Made by a program: the position numbers and the translations under genes
Notes under the pieces: generated by a model
Seen by the model: the letters and a program-made list of their open reading frames with translations, nothing else
Database searches by the model: none
What the model was told of the DNA's origin: nothing
NCBI GenBank assembly: GCA_034669905.1
Contig: JAXMOL010000051.1
Span: 1 to 53,983, forward strand
Length of the DNA: 53,983 bases
Direction of reading: 5' to 3'
Source of the DNA: Candidatus Hydrogenedentota bacterium
Lineage (GTDB): Bacteria; Hydrogenedentota; Hydrogenedentia; Hydrogenedentales; JAEUWI01
Shown here: piece by piece, positions 10,108 to 19,827 of the stretch
Layout: the number at the start of each line of letters is the position of its first letter
Position numbering within the stretch: the stretch's first letter is position 1

Positions 10108-11301
10108 ATGAATAAGCTTTCTATCGAAGACCTTCAGCTGAAGGACAAAACGGTGCTCATGCGGGTGGACTTCAACGTCCCCCAGAATGAGGACGGCACG
10201 GTACGGGACAACACCCGTATCAACGCCGCGCTCAAGAGCATCAACTACGTCCGTGAGCAGGGCGGCAAGCTCGTGCTCATGTCCCACCTGGGACGGCCAA
10301 AGCCGGGCGAAGACAACAGCAAATTCAAGCTGGATCCGATTGCGGATGAGCTCCGTCGTCTGGTGGGTGGCAATGTCACCAAAGCCGACGACGTGGTGGG
10401 CCCGGAAGTGGAAGCCGCTGTGGCCAAGTTGGCTGCGGGGGACATTCTGCTGCTGGAAAACACCCGTTTTCACCCCGGTGAAACAAAGAATGACCCGGAG
10501 CTGTCCAAGCAGTTGGCCAGCCTGGCCGACGTCTACATCAGCGACGCCTTTGGTACGGTGCACCGCGCCCACGCTTCTACGGAAGGGGTGACGAAGTTCA
10601 TCGGCCAGAGTGCGGCGGGCTTCCTGGTCGCCAAGGAAATCGAATACATCGGTGGTGTGCTGAGCAATCCGCAGCGTCCGCTGGTGGCGATCCTGGGCGG
10701 AGCCAAGGTTTCCGACAAGATCACGGTCATTGACAACCTCCTGAACCTGGTGGATACGCTGGTTATTGGTGGTGGCATGGCCTATACCTTCATGAAGGCC
10801 CAGGGATATGCCATCGGCAACTCCCTGCTGGATGAAGCGGGTCTTGATACTGCCAAGGCGGTCATGGCCAAAGCCAAGGAAAAGGGCGTTGAGCTCTTGT
10901 TGCCGGTCGATAATATCGCCGCCGACGATTTCTCCAACGACGCCAACACCACGGTCTGTGGTCTGGGTGAAATTGAAGATGGTTGGGAAGGGCTCGATAT
11001 TGGCCCGAAGACCCTGGAAAACTTCAAGGAAGCCATCAGCAAAGCAACGACGGTGGTCTGGAATGGCCCGGTCGGTGTTTTCGAAATGGAAAAATTCTGT
11101 GGCGGCACCCGCGGCATCGCGGATCTGCTGGCAGCAAGCGACAGCATCACCAGCATCATTGGTGGTGGTGACACGGCAGCGGCGGTCGTTCAGTTTGGAC
11201 TCGCCGATAAAATGTCCCACGTTTCCACCGGTGGCGGTGCTTCGCTGGAAATGCTGGAAGGCAAAATCCTTCCGGGCATTGCCGCGCTGACCGACAAGTA
11301 A
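10108..11301 (+). CDS. pgk: Phosphoglycerate kinase
   Basis: RVDFNVP, SHLGRP, GGAKVSDK, STGGGASLE. Confidence 0.98.
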   Translation: MNKLSIEDLQLKDKTVLMRVDFNVPQNEDGTVRDNTRINAALKSINYVREQGGKLVLMSHLGRPKPGEDNSKFKLDPIADELRRLVGGNVTKADDVVGPEVEAAVAKLAAGDILLLENTRFHPGETKNDPELSKQLASLADVYISDAFGTVHRAHASTEGVTKFIGQSAAGFLVAKEIEYIGGVLSNPQRPLVAILGGAKVSDKITVIDNLLNLVDTLVIGGGMAYTFMKAQGYAIGNSLLDEAGLDTAKAVMAKAKEKGVELLLPVDNIAADDFSNDANTTVCGLGEIEDGWEGLDIGPKTLENFKEAISKATTVVWNGPVGVFEMEKFCGGTRGIADLLAASDSITSIIGGGDTAAAVVQFGLADKMSHVSTGGGASLEMLEGKILPGIAALTDK

Positions 11302-11314
11302 GACTCGTTACCCC

Positions 11315-11344
11315 GCCTTCACCCGCATCGTTGCGGGTGAAGGC
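11315..11344 (+). terminator. Stem-loop after pgk
   Basis: GCCTTCACCCGCA-tcgt-TGCGGGTGAAGGC perfect 13-bp stem; weak U-tract. Confidence 0.55.
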
Positions 11345-11461
11345 TTGAATACATTATCTGACATCGTGTCGGATAACGATGAAGTTGCCTTGCGCTCGGT
11401 TCAACCGACCTCACCGACGGTGAACTTGGCCCAGGGTGAATGAACAGAAAGGTGAATAAGT

Positions 11462-11725
11462 ATGACCCCAGCAGAAAAGATTGAAATCATCAAAGAGTTT
11501 GGTAAAGATGAAAAAGATACGGGATCGACGGAAGTGCAGATTGCACTCCTGACCAAACGTATCAACCATCTTACGGAGCACTTTAAAACCCACAAGAAAG
11601 ATTTTGCGGGACAACGTGGCCTCCTGAAAATGATTGGCCTGCGTCGTAATTTGCTCAAGTATCTGCGCACGAACGACCTCGAAGGGTATCGTGCCCTGAT
11701 TGCGAAACTTGGTCTGCGTAAGTAG
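11462..11725 (+). CDS. rpsO: 30S ribosomal protein S15
   Basis: [26 protein letters not shown]; upstream of pnp. Confidence 0.98.
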   Translation: MTPAEKIEIIKEFGKDEKDTGSTEVQIALLTKRINHLTEHFKTHKKDFAGQRGLLKMIGLRRNLLKYLRTNDLEGYRALIAKLGLRK

Positions 11726-11732
11726 TCAGTAC

Positions 11733-11764
11733 CGGGGCGGCAACGTTGCCGCCCCGTTTTTATT
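11733..11764 (+). terminator. Intrinsic terminator after rpsO
   Basis: Perfect palindrome CGGGGCGGCAACGTTGCCGCCCCG followed by TTTTTATT. Confidence 0.8.
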
Positions 11765-11921
11765 ACAGTGGCCCGCTTGGAACAAGCAGCGATAACGCGG
11801 GCGACACCCAGCGCTAGAATGCGCTTCACCGTTCCGGTGAAAAGAATGATGAAAAAGAAACGAAAAAGATGGACGGGTACGTCGTGGGAGACGTTACGAT
11901 GTCCAAGGAGTTACTGTAACT

Positions 11922-14204
11922 ATGTCAATGAAACGTCTTTCCGTTAAACTCGGCGAAGTCGAGTTGGAATTCGAAACCGGGCGCATCGCCAAACAGGCCC
12001 ACGGCTCGGTCATCTGTCGCAGCGGCGACACGATGGTCCTTTCGGCGGTCTGCGTCGCACCCGACGCCCGCCCCGGGCAAGACTTTTTCCCCATGACGGT
12101 CGACTACCGCGAGAAGTTCTACGCGGTAGGCCAGATTCCTGGCAATTTCTTCCGTCGTGAAGCCCGCCCCTCGGAGCGGGAAATCCTCGTCTGCCGTATG
12201 ACCGACCGGCCGTTGCGCCCCTTGTTCCCCAAGGGCTTCGTCAACGAACTGCAGGTCTGCCAGACGGTGCTTTCGGCCGATAACGTCAATGACCCCGATG
12301 TGCTCAGCATCAACGCGGCCTCCGCGGCACTTCACATCTCCAAGATCCCCCTCTCCGAGCCTATCGGCGCGGTGCGTGTTGGCATGATCGACGGTGAATT
12401 GGTGGTCAACCCCAGCATCGACGACATCGAAACCAGCGATATCAACATCGTTATCGCCGGTACGGCCGATGCCATTACCATGGTGGAAGGGCATGCCCAC
12501 GAAGTGCCCGAAGAACTGATGTTGGACGCCTTGGAATTCGGCCACGCCCACATCCAGACCATCATCGCGAAGATCCACGAACTGCGTGAGCAGGCCGGTG
12601 TCGAAAAGATGGTTGTCGATGTGCCCGAACTGAACCCCGAAGTGGTTTCAGATATCGAAGCCTATGGCGGTCGTCTCAAGGAAGCCCAGGCTATCTCGGA
12701 GAAAGCCCTCCGCTACGAAGCCTTCGACGCCATCAAGAACGAAGCCCTGGAAGCCCTCGCCCGCAAGTATGGGGAAGAGCTCTTCGCCGAACGGGAAGAA
12801 GACATCAAGACGGCCTTCGGCAACCTTAAGAAGCATGTCATGCGCATCCAGGTCATCGAGACCAACAAGCGCATGGACGGCCGGGCCCTGGACGAAATCC
12901 GCAAGATTACCGTGGAAGTCGGTGTACTGCCCCGTGCCCACGGTTCCGCCCTGTTCACCCGCGGTGAGACCCAGGCGCTCGTCACCACGACCCTCGGCAC
13001 GACCCGTGACGAGCAGCGTTTTGACGAATTGACCGGCGACGAATTCCGCCGCTTCTTCCTGCACTACAATTTCCCGCCCTGGTCGGTCGGTGAAGTGCGC
13101 CGCATGATGGGACCGGGCCGTCGCGAGATTGGCCACGGCAAGCTCGCCGAGCGCTCTCTCATGAACATGATTCCCTTCGTCTCGGAAGAAGAGCGGGCGG
13201 AAGACAGCACGCTCAAGGACTTCCCCTACACGGTGCGTATCGTGTCGGAAGTTACCGAGAGTAACGGCTCCAGCTCGATGGCTACCGTTTGTGGTGGCAC
13301 CCTTTCCATGATGGACGCGGGTGTTCCCGTGAAGGCGCCGGTTGCCGGTATTGCCATGGGCATGATCAAGGAAGGCGATGAAATTCGCATTCTGAGTGAC
13401 ATCCTGGGTGACGAAGATCATCTCGGCGATCTGGACTTTAAGGTTTGTGGTACGGAAAACGGTATCACGGCGTTCCAGATGGACACGAAGATCAAGGGCC
13501 TTTCCCGCGAGACGATGGCGAAAGCCCTGGACCAGGCGAAAGCCGGTCGGCAGCACATCCTTGGTAAGATGCTTGCCTGCATCGAGAAGCCCCGCGAAGA
13601 GCTTTCCGAGTACGCCCCGCGTATCTACACCATCAAGATTGACCCCGACAAGATCCGTGATATCATCGGACCGGGCGGTAAAGTCATCCGCGAAATCCAG
13701 GCCTCGACAGGTTCTGAGATTGGTGTGGAAGATGACGGTACGGTCAGCGTAGCCGCGGTCGATGGCGCCAGTGCCGATGCGGCCATCGCCCTGATCAAAG
13801 AGATCACGGCGGAAGTTGAAGTGGGTACCCTGTACAAAGGTACGATTACCCGCATCATGAACTTCGGCGCGTTCTGCACGGTCGTGGGCAACAAAGAAGG
13901 GCTGATTCACATTTCTGAATTGGCACCGGGCCGCGTGGCCGAAGTGACCGACGTCGTGGACGTGGGTGACGAAATCGACATCAAGGTCATCGAAGTCGAC
14001 AAGATGGGCCGTGTGAACCTTTCCAAGGTGCAGGCGGACGTCGAGCTGGGCCGTGTAGACGCCAGCGAAGTCGAAGCCAAGAGCAGCGGTGACCGTGGCG
14101 GACGCGGTGGTGACCGTGGCCGTGGTGGCGACCGTGGTGGTCGCGGCGGACGTGGCGGTGGAGACCGTGGCGGCCGTGGTGGCGGCGGCGGTGGTCGTCG
14201 TTAA
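11922..14204 (+). CDS. pnp: Polyribonucleotide nucleotidyltransferase (PNPase)
   Basis: Two RNase PH domains (RGETQ, SNGSSSMA, DHLGDLDFKV), KH (IIGPGGK) and S1 domains; Gly/Arg-rich tail. Confidence 0.98.
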   Translation: MSMKRLSVKLGEVELEFETGRIAKQAHGSVICRSGDTMVLSAVCVAPDARPGQDFFPMTVDYREKFYAVGQIPGNFFRREARPSEREILVCRMTDRPLRPLFPKGFVNELQVCQTVLSADNVNDPDVLSINAASAALHISKIPLSEPIGAVRVGMIDGELVVNPSIDDIETSDINIVIAGTADAITMVEGHAHEVPEELMLDALEFGHAHIQTIIAKIHELREQAGVEKMVVDVPELNPEVVSDIEAYGGRLKEAQAISEKALRYEAFDAIKNEALEALARKYGEELFAEREEDIKTAFGNLKKHVMRIQVIETNKRMDGRALDEIRKITVEVGVLPRAHGSALFTRGETQALVTTTLGTTRDEQRFDELTGDEFRRFFLHYNFPPWSVGEVRRMMGPGRREIGHGKLAERSLMNMIPFVSEEERAEDSTLKDFPYTVRIVSEVTESNGSSSMATVCGGTLSMMDAGVPVKAPVAGIAMGMIKEGDEIRILSDILGDEDHLGDLDFKVCGTENGITAFQMDTKIKGLSRETMAKALDQAKAGRQHILGKMLACIEKPREELSEYAPRIYTIKIDPDKIRDIIGPGGKVIREIQASTGSEIGVEDDGTVSVAAVDGASADAAIALIKEITAEVEVGTLYKGTITRIMNFGAFCTVVGNKEGLIHISELAPGRVAEVTDVVDVGDEIDIKVIEVDKMGRVNLSKVQADVELGRVDASEVEAKSSGDRGGRGGDRGRGGDRGGRGGRGGGDRGGRGGGGGGRR

Positions 14205-14221
14205 TCCCTGATAGTAAGACC

Positions 14222-14259
14222 AGGATGGCGCTTCCATGACGGGAGCGCCATCCTTTTTT
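14222..14259 (+). terminator. Intrinsic terminator after pnp
   Basis: AGGATGGCGCTTCC-loop-GGGAGCGCCATCCT followed by a T-run. Confidence 0.85.
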
Positions 14260-14304
14260 GCAGGCGTCTGTTTTCCCGGGCGCAACAAAAAGGAAGCTGT
14301 TCTG

Positions 14305-15576
14305 TTGAGCAATACGAGTTACACCCAAGAGGCCGCCGAGATCCACACCCTCGCCAATGGCATGACGGTTTGTCTTGAGCCCCTCCCCTATCTCCATTCG
14401 GCGAGTGCGGGCGTGTGGATCAAGACCGGTTCCGCCAACGAGCGGGAAGAGGAAAGCGGCATCGCCCACTTTCTCGAGCATCTTTTTTTCAAGGGCACCA
14501 AAACGCGCAACGTGCACCAGATTATGGAAGCCATTGAAAGTCGTGGTGGCCAACTCAATGCCTTCACGTCACGGGAACACACCTGTCTTTATGTGAAGGT
14601 GTTGGACAAATACACCACCACGGGCATCGAAATCCTGGCAGACCTGATCAAGAACTCCCTTTTTTGCGACCTGGAGAAAGAGCGCAACGTCATCCTGGAA
14701 GAAATCACTTCCGTGGAAGACACGCCGGATGATTTTGTCCACGATCTCCTCGCTGCCCATCACTGGCCCAATCACGCCCTGGGACGTTCCATCGCAGGCA
14801 CGGTAGAGTCCGTTTCGGCCCTCGACTATGACGCGGTTGTGGCCTTTTACCTGCGCTGGTACAAGCCGGAAAACATGGTCTTTTCTATCGCGGGTAATAT
14901 TGACCCGGTCGCTGTGTTGAAGCAGGTGCAGGAAGCCTTTGAAGACATTCCGGTGGGGACCATCCCCGCGCCGTACCCCGCACCCCGTTTTCAGAGCGGC
15001 ATCCGGGCCGTGCACCGGGACATTGCGCAATCGCACATTACGATGGCCTTCCCGGGACCGCCCCTCACCAAGGATGAGAAGTTCATTCACGACATGACCG
15101 GCAATGTGCTCGGTGGTGGCTCAACGTCCCGCCTCTTCATGCGCATCCGGGAAGATGAAGGACTGGCCTACAGCATCTATGCCTTTAACTCTTTCTACCT
15201 GACGGCGGGGATGATGGGCATTTATGCGGCGGTGGCTCCCGAGCAACTGAGCAAGACCCTCGACCTGACCTTTGAAGAACTGCGACGCTTGCGGGATGAA
15301 GGCCTCTCTGAAGAGGAGTTGGATCTCAACCGCGAACAAATCAAGGGCGGGATGTTGATGGCCATGGAGAGCACCTCCACCCGTATGGCCCGCATGGCGA
15401 AGTCCATCCTGAACTACGGCCAATTGCTTCCTATCGCCAAGATCATTGAAAAAGTGGATGCCGTGACTCGGGACGAAGTGCAGGGCTGCGCCCAGCAATT
15501 ATTCACCCCGGACCAGTGCGCCTTGCTCGTGCTGGGGCCAAAATCCCAAACCATGCCGGAGACCATTTCCCTGTGA
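14305..15576 (+). CDS. M16 family zinc peptidase
   Basis: HFLEH inverted zincin motif, NAFTS, SRLF..IRE..GLAYS; probable TTG start at 14305 after AAGGAAG. Confidence 0.93.
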   Translation: MSNTSYTQEAAEIHTLANGMTVCLEPLPYLHSASAGVWIKTGSANEREEESGIAHFLEHLFFKGTKTRNVHQIMEAIESRGGQLNAFTSREHTCLYVKVLDKYTTTGIEILADLIKNSLFCDLEKERNVILEEITSVEDTPDDFVHDLLAAHHWPNHALGRSIAGTVESVSALDYDAVVAFYLRWYKPENMVFSIAGNIDPVAVLKQVQEAFEDIPVGTIPAPYPAPRFQSGIRAVHRDIAQSHITMAFPGPPLTKDEKFIHDMTGNVLGGGSTSRLFMRIREDEGLAYSIYAFNSFYLTAGMMGIYAAVAPEQLSKTLDLTFEELRRLRDEGLSEEELDLNREQIKGGMLMAMESTSTRMARMAKSILNYGQLLPIAKIIEKVDAVTRDEVQGCAQQLFTPDQCALLVLGPKSQTMPETISL

Positions 15577-16022
15577 AGCATGTTCGTGTTGCCATTACCC
15601 AGGAAGCCCACGCGCAAGACCTGCCGTTGCCGTCCTACGAGAGCGATGCCGCGGCCGGCATGGACCTCCGGGCGGCCGTTATGGAGCCACTCACCATTGC
15701 TCCCGGTGCCCGGGCCATGGTGCCTACAGGCATTCGCATTGCCTTGCCCACGGGCACCGAAGCCCAGATACGCCCGCGCAGTGGGCTGGCCATCCGCTGT
15801 GGCATCTCCATGGTCAACAGCCCCGGCACCATCGATGCCGATTACCGGGGTGAAATACAGGCCCTGCTCATTAATCATGGCCAGGAAGACTTCGTCATCA
15901 ATCGGGGGGACCGCATTGCCCAGATGGTGATTGCGCCGGTCTTGCAGGCCGACTGGGCACCCGTCGATTCCCTGGATGCTACGGAGCGTGGGGAAGGCGG
16001 CTTCGGGCACACGGGCGTCTAA
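15573..16022 (+). CDS. dut: dUTP diphosphatase
   Basis: [36 protein letters not shown] start overlaps the upstream TGA (GTGA). Confidence 0.96.
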   Translation: MKHVRVAITQEAHAQDLPLPSYESDAAAGMDLRAAVMEPLTIAPGARAMVPTGIRIALPTGTEAQIRPRSGLAIRCGISMVNSPGTIDADYRGEIQALLINHGQEDFVINRGDRIAQMVIAPVLQADWAPVDSLDATERGEGGFGHTGV

Positions 16023-16176
16023 ATAAGCGAAGGTAGACCCCGAGCATATCCAACCCGCTCGTTACGACAGCGTACGCGAGCGCCTGCAATAGGCCAACGT
16101 ACCGGCGGCTTGGCCGCTATCGCGCAAAGCAACCTTTGACAATTGGGAACGCAGGCGGCCCAAAAGGAATCGAAAC

Positions 16177-16722
16177 ATGCAAAAAGTTTTGGTGGTCGTG
16201 GGTGATGGTGCGGAAGTCATCGATACGATGGTGCCCTTTTACCGATTGAGTGAAGACTTCCATGTCGATATCGCCGCCCCGGCCGTGCGCACCTATCACA
16301 TGGTACAGCACCATCACGCGGACGACTGGGATGTGACCATTGAAACGCCCGGCTATGAGATCGATTCCACTATCGCTTTCTCTGATGTGAACCCCTCGGA
16401 TTATGTGGGGCTGGTCCTACCGGGTGGGCGGGCCCCGGAATTTCTGCGTTACGACGCGGATTTGCTCGGAATCGTTCGACACTTTTTCGACCACGCCAAG
16501 CCGGTGGCTTCTATCTGCCACGGCATCGAGATACTGGCGGCCGCCGACGTCATTCGGGGCAAAGAGGTCACGACCATCCCCCGCTGCCGTCTCGATGCGG
16601 AATTGGCCGGGGCCATCTATGTGGAAGCCCCCCTGGTCATCACGGATAATCTCTATTGTTGCCGCTTCAAGCGCGAGTGCGCCCCCTGGATGAAGGCCTT
16701 CGTGGCCGCCCTGCACGCGTAG
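16177..16722 (+). CDS. DJ-1/PfpI family protein
   Basis: PGGRAPE, nucleophile elbow SICHG; AAGGA RBS. Confidence 0.9.
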   Translation: MQKVLVVVGDGAEVIDTMVPFYRLSEDFHVDIAAPAVRTYHMVQHHHADDWDVTIETPGYEIDSTIAFSDVNPSDYVGLVLPGGRAPEFLRYDADLLGIVRHFFDHAKPVASICHGIEILAAADVIRGKEVTTIPRCRLDAELAGAIYVEAPLVITDNLYCCRFKRECAPWMKAFVAALHA

Positions 16723-16794
16723 CCCCTTCCACAACCACTCCCTCCTGTAGTCCCGCCTCCAACCGTGGGATTGGGCGCACGATGCGGGTTGCCT

Positions 16795-17283
16795 ATGGAG
16801 CGGGCTTTCAGCCCTTCTGGGTTGAATCGTTCCCTGTTCATGGGCCGTTGGCCCATGCTGATATGCGGACGGGCCGTTGGCCCTCTGAAAAAACAACGGT
16901 TGCATTGCCCGCCGGAAAACCGACGGGTGCTTTCGCCATCCGGACAGCGGATGGGCCGTTGGCCCTCCGGAAAAACAACGGTTGCATTGCCCGCCGGAAA
17001 GCCGACGGGTGCTTTCGCCATCCGGATAGCGGATGGGCCGTTGGCCCTCCGGAAAAACAACGGTTGCATTGCCCGCCGGAAAGCCGAGGGATGCTTTCGC
17101 CATCCGCATAGGGGACGGGCCGTTGGCCCTCTGGAAGAACAACGGTTGCATTGCCCACCGGAAAGCCGAGGGGTGAATTCGCAGTTCCGTTTAAGCGCCA
17201 ACGGCGCGGCAACATACCAGCCCAGGCCGAAGGCCTGGGAAAACCGTAGCCTGATTCTGCAAAGGGCTGAAGGCCCGCTCCAT
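16795..17283. repeat. REP/REPIN-like element A: two inverted three-hairpin arms enclosing an 82-bp tandem repeat
   Basis: Terminal IR ATGGAGCGGGCTTTCAGCCCTT / AAGGGCTGAAGGCCCGCTCCAT (1 mismatch); homologous to the element at 39908-40122. Confidence 0.85.
16865..17175. repeat. 82-bp tandem repeat, about 3.7 copies
   Basis: GGGCCGTTGGCCC recurs at 16871, 16953, 17035 and 17117 with near-identical intervening sequence. Confidence 0.95.
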
Positions 17284-17472
17284 GTTTGAGCATCAACACT
17301 CGGGAGTGAGACGAAATCCGTGCGTCAACACGACCGAAAATCGTTAGTGCGAGAACTCTCCCCTTGTATATAGGCGCAAAATATCCGTAGGCTATGGATC
17401 CGAGCGTTACCGAACGGGTTTTCACGGGGCGCTTTCATCGGGTAAGCATCCAACAGGAAGGAGGCGCGTGTC

Positions 17473-18756
17473 TTGAGGACTACCGGAAAAAGACGGGCAA
17501 GCCGTCATGGACTATCGTTCCTGGCTTCCATCCTCTTTCTCGCCGGCATTCTAACCGGAAGCGGTGCACGGGGCGGGGAGCTCAAGGTCGAGCAGCTTAG
17601 CTCCGGCCCGGCCCATCATTTCTTTGGCTATATTGGTCAATCGCTGACGATTCCCTGGAATGGCACGGGCCGCTATATCCTCTGCCTGGAAAGTGACTTT
17701 CACGATCGCATGCCGTCGGCGACCGATTCCGCACGCATCCTCCTTATCGATACGGAAGACAACAATAAACTCCTGCCACTGGATACAACCCGGGCCTGGA
17801 ATTTTCAGCAGGGTACCATGTTTTACTGGAATCCGACGGCACCCGACACCCAGTTCTTCTTCAACGACCGTGACCCCGAGACGAATCATATCTTCACCGT
17901 GCTCTACGACATCGAAGCGGGCAAACGTATCCGGGCGTATCGGGACGAATCCCGCCCAACGGGCAACGGGGGCGTCTCGCCGGATGGACGCTATTTCGCG
18001 GCGATTAACTATGGGCGTATGGCGCGGGAACGGCCCGTCACCGGCTACCCGGAGGCCTACGACTGGAACCCTACCGCACCTGCCCCCAAGAATGATGGCC
18101 TCTTTGTGGTCGACGTCGAAACGGGTAAGCAGGAATTGATCCTGTCCTTCCACGAGATGAAAGCGCAGGCCCGTGCCATCGCGCCGCTCATCGACGAAGC
18201 GGGTCTCTATATAAACCATACCCTGTGGAATCGGGCGAGCGACACCCTCTATTTCTATCTACGCGGTCGACGGGGAAGTCGGGAAATTTCCATCAACATT
18301 CCCTGCACCATAGGGCGGGATGGCGCGGGATTCACGATGCACGACGTATTTATCGGGGGCCACCCCGAGTGGGGCCAGGGCACCGAAATCATCGGCCGCT
18401 TCGATGACAAACAGGTGGTCTACGATGTGACCACCCGCAAGATTACACGGAGCCTGGGTTCTCCGGAGATCTTTCCCAAGCCGGGCGGGGATATTTCCCT
18501 GTCGCCCGATGGGGCCTGGCTGGTCAATGGCAGTGCCCATGGTGGCGGCCGCATCCAGTTTGACTTCCTCCGCCTTGCTGATGGATATCATCTGCGCTCC
18601 CCCAATTTCAGTCGGGGTGCCCTTGAACGGGGCGCGCTCCGTATTGACCCGGCACCCCGTTGGAATCGTCAGAGCAACGCTATCCTCGTTTCGGGCTGGA
18701 CCGACAGCGGTTCCCGGCAACTCTTCGTGGTCCACCTCCCCGTGGAAACACCCTGA
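17473..18756 (+). CDS. Exported beta-propeller protein (TolB/oligogalacturonide-lyase-like fold), function unknown
   Basis: GGAGG RBS before TTG; signal peptide; SPDG repeats, AWNFQQG, RIDPAPRW. Confidence 0.7.
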   Translation: MRTTGKRRASRHGLSFLASILFLAGILTGSGARGGELKVEQLSSGPAHHFFGYIGQSLTIPWNGTGRYILCLESDFHDRMPSATDSARILLIDTEDNNKLLPLDTTRAWNFQQGTMFYWNPTAPDTQFFFNDRDPETNHIFTVLYDIEAGKRIRAYRDESRPTGNGGVSPDGRYFAAINYGRMARERPVTGYPEAYDWNPTAPAPKNDGLFVVDVETGKQELILSFHEMKAQARAIAPLIDEAGLYINHTLWNRASDTLYFYLRGRRGSREISINIPCTIGRDGAGFTMHDVFIGGHPEWGQGTEIIGRFDDKQVVYDVTTRKITRSLGSPEIFPKPGGDISLSPDGAWLVNGSAHGGGRIQFDFLRLADGYHLRSPNFSRGALERGALRIDPAPRWNRQSNAILVSGWTDSGSRQLFVVHLPVETP

Positions 18757-18930
18757 AGGCCCCGTCGACTATGGAGCGGTAATCCCCGGGTATCCAACGG
18801 AAATTCATACATCAAGACGACCGGTAGTCGGCAGTAGAGAACGCTAGCCCAATCACAAGAGTCATGTTGGGCGCGTTTCCTGCGCGCGCATCCCTATGGC
18901 CGTGGAGGCCCATGGCACCTTGGACGCCGA

Positions 18931-19752
18931 CTACACGAAGAAGTCGGGCATGAGCTCCGCACCGGGCACGACCGAATAGGCCGAAAAATCGGTGACCCCT
19001 TCGGCGCGAAGCACTTCCTCGTCAATGAAGAAATTGCCCGTGCACGCCTTCGCCTCCCGGGTCAGGATGGCGTGGGCGGCATCGGCCATGATGGCGGGGG
19101 TGCGGGATTGGTTGATGAGTTCATCGCCCCCCAGCAAATTCTTCACGGCGGCCGTGGCGATGGTGGTCTTGGGCCACAGGGCGTTGACCCCCACCCCTTC
19201 GTCTTTGAACTCTTCGGCCATGCCGAGGACACACTGGCTCATGCCATATTTCGCCATGGTATAGGCCACGTGGGGACCGAACCAGCGGGGCTCCATATTG
19301 AGGGGCGGCGCGAGATTGAGGATGTGGGGGTTCTCGGCCTTCAGCAAGGCGGGGAGGCACTTCTGGGAACTGAGGAAGGTGCCCCGCACATTGACTCCGT
19401 GCATCAGATCGAATCGCTTCATGGGCGTGGAGAGGGTGCCGGTGAGGGAGATGGCGCTGGCATTGTTGATGAGGATGTCGATCCCCCCGAAGGTCTCCAC
19501 CGTCTGCTGCACCGCGGCCTCGACCTGATCTTCGAATCGAATATCGACTACCAGGGGCAGGGCCTTGCCGCCCGCCTCTTCCATGGCCCTGGCCGCCGTG
19601 TAAATGGTGCCGGGCAATTTGGGGTGGGGCTCAGCCGTTTTCGCGGCAATGGCCACGTTGGCCCCATCCCGCGCCGCACGGAGTGCAATGGCTTCACCGA
19701 TTCCGCGACTGGCACCCGTAATAAAGATGGTCTTTCCCTTCAAACTGGCCAT
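18931..19752 (-). CDS. atuG: SDR oxidoreductase, AtuG/HSDL2-like
   Basis: KTIFITGASRGIG..AAKTAEPHPKLPGTI, YTMAK catalytic motif; atu cluster context. Confidence 0.8.
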   Translation of the reverse strand: MASLKGKTIFITGASRGIGEAIALRAARDGANVAIAAKTAEPHPKLPGTIYTAARAMEEAGGKALPLVVDIRFEDQVEAAVQQTVETFGGIDILINNASAISLTGTLSTPMKRFDLMHGVNVRGTFLSSQKCLPALLKAENPHILNLAPPLNMEPRWFGPHVAYTMAKYGMSQCVLGMAEEFKDEGVGVNALWPKTTIATAAVKNLLGGDELINQSRTPAIMADAAHAILTREAKACTGNFFIDEEVLRAEGVTDFSAYSVVPGAELMPDFFV

Positions 19753-19827
19753 AGTACCTATCCTTTTCAGTTGGGACCGCTCCGGCCCGGACAAATCTAT
19801 TTTCCCTGCGCCGAATCCAGCGCAGCA

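Noticed and set aside
9100..11220. 706-aa minus-strand ORF
   Set aside because: Antisense to gap-pgk.
16865..17175. Possible CRISPR array
   Set aside because: Units are near-identical along their whole 82 bp, with no unique spacers and no cas genes.
16417..17425. Several ORFs with repeated peptides over element A
   Set aside because: They are by-products of the tandem repeat in multiple frames, with no RBS or recognisable domain.
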